Shown: piece after piece, positions 62,486 through 64,000 of the stretch | Layout of the letters: the number at the start of each line of letters is the position of its first letter | How positions within the stretch are numbered: the first letter of the stretch is position 1 | Origin: Verrucomicrobiota bacterium | GTDB lineage: Bacteria > Verrucomicrobiota > Verrucomicrobiia > Opitutales > Seribacteraceae | NCBI GenBank assembly: GCA_027622665.1 | Contig: JAQBYT010000001.1 | Location: 1 to 64,000 of the forward strand | DNA: 64,000 nt | Reading direction: 5' to 3' | Translations under genes and position numbers: made by a program | The notes under the pieces: generated by a model | Told to the model about the DNA's origin: nothing | The model's database searches: none | The model's input: only the letters and a program-made list of their open reading frames with translations

Positions 62486-63574
62486 TCAACTTACTTTACG
62501 GAGCTTGGCGACGCGTCCCGTGGAAACCCACTCAACTACGAAAATGTTTCCGTCCTTATCAAAACAGGCGTCGTGAGGGTGTACGAATCGGCCCGCCTTC
62601 CATTGATCGCGCTTCCTGCGGAAACCTTTGCGGAGGGCCACCTTGCACCATTCCGGGTCGTCGCCAAGGTGAGTGATTGCCTTGTCTTCTTTGTCGAGCA
62701 AAGTGATGCGGGCGCCCAAGTCGGGCACGAGCATCAATTCGCCTTTCACATCGATGTCGGCGGGAAAGAGAAAATTGTCCAATGTCTTTAAAGTGCTTCA
62801 CCGGCCGCGGCGAACCATTGGAGACGCTTGTTGGCTCGATCGCATACGGCGAGTTTGGGTATGCCGTCACGAATGTCCAACTCATTGCCCGTGCGGTGTG
62901 CGAAACTATCCAGGGTCATTACCTCCACCGCCGATGGTACGCACATATTTATCGTTCTTGTCGAATTGGTGAAGGAAATTGCTCCCGTAACCATCGCCAA
63001 GACAGTAACCATCGTAACGCGAAAAACTAGTGTTGGTAGGACGATAACGCGACTTCGCTGCATATTTCCGGAAAGCTCGTCGAGAAGCTTCTTCCCTTTT
63101 CGCCAAACGACCTCTCCTCCCATCGTCATTTTCGTAAAACTCAGGTTGGAGTTGCCGGGAGACAGGTAGAGGCATTCCGTTCCGTCTTCATCTCGGATAT
63201 CGATTCCGTGCTCATTCGCCGCATGGATATCGCCCATCGATTTGACGAATTTCGCGCTTGGTTCGAACACAAAAACACTACCAAGCGTTTCATAGTGCGT
63301 AAAGTAGAACAACCCAGCTTTATCAACCGTCACTCGGTGAGATTGCGTTGCCATATAAGTGACCCTCGGACAAATCCCCCCAGTCATGATCAACCTGGTA
63401 AAGGAATTCCCCCTCACTCACCGGCAACACCTTATCCTTTTCCCGAGAGGTCGACACATTAGGTACGGCAAGCATGGTCGCCCCGGCAAAGGAAGCGTCA
63501 CGAACAAAACGACGACGACTCGCGAATTCTTTCTTCTCATTCCATATGGGAGCAGAGAAGATCATTATTTGCAC
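62486..63574 (-). pseudogene. Multiply frameshifted NHL-repeat (beta-propeller) protein with Tat signal
   Basis: Consecutive fragments in different frames: SRRRFV..DHDWG; H.VTVDKAG..HGIDI; RPTN..DGYGS; VCDRAN.RLQWF; HPHDACFDKDGNIFVVEW. Confidence 0.8.
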
Positions 63575-63806
63575 TCAATCGTCAAGAGCGTGCCAAAGGT
63601 TTTTCAAGCCTCGGTTAATATGGTTCCGCCAAAGCAAACAAATCAGTCAGAGCAACCGACCTGTCCACGGATCGCCTAAATATTTACTGATGCTACGATA
63701 ACGATTCGCTGGAAGGAGATTTTTTTCGATCGTAAAAAATAAACCAGTGACCCCAATCCGTCGGGAAGAAGAGAAGTAAAGGAAAATGGTTATTGCGTTT
63801 AGCTTA

Positions 63807-64000
63807 ATGAATGATTCTTGTAAAACCCCCGAAGAGGTTGATGATTTGAAATACATTTTTATTACGGGTGGGGTGGTTTCATCCTTGGGCAAGGGACTTA
63901 CAGCTGCGGCATTGGGTGCATTGCTGGAGCAGCGGGGATTGACTACCCGCATACAGAAGTTCGATCCCTACTTAAATGTCGACCCGGGCACCATGAGTCC
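63807..64000 (+). CDS. pyrG: CTP synthase (5' part, runs off window)
   Basis: [16 protein letters not shown]...[14 protein letters not shown]. Confidence 0.95.
   Translation, partial: MNDSCKTPEEVDDLKYIFITGGVVSSLGKGLTAAALGALLEQRGLTTRIQKFDPYLNVDPGTMS

Overview
Bacterial chromosomal window. Gene content (sulfatases, DUF1501/DUF1549/DUF1553 pairs, planctomycete-type cytochrome c, SHD1 proteins, a giant PilX-like protein) suggests a PVC-superphylum organism, probably Verrucomicrobiota; this is inference only. Bases 1-9607 are the distal part of a type I restriction-modification defence locus: four-helix-bundle (4HB) gene, truncated hsdR fused to an hsdS-like tail, AAA ATPase plus S8 peptidase (ietAS-like), a repeat-rich spacer, RhuM, a second frameshifted 4HB gene, then full-length hsdR. 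The most unusual signal is in this locus. The 4HB genes, and gene-less mini-units between them, are bounded by mutually complementary 7-nt-periodic arms (TGA-type upstream, TCA-type downstream). These arms supply the stop and start codons of neighbouring ORFs, form an ATGA-coupled mini-ORF chain, and sit next to repeated copies of the hsdR 5' end. The rest of the window is mostly carbohydrate/sulfate-ester catabolism plus housekeeping genes (msrA, rpmB, apbE, argH, sdhCAB, start of pyrG), a bacterial SHD1-LIM-DA1-like protease and several gene remnants. All calls come from motif recognition by eye; no searches were run.
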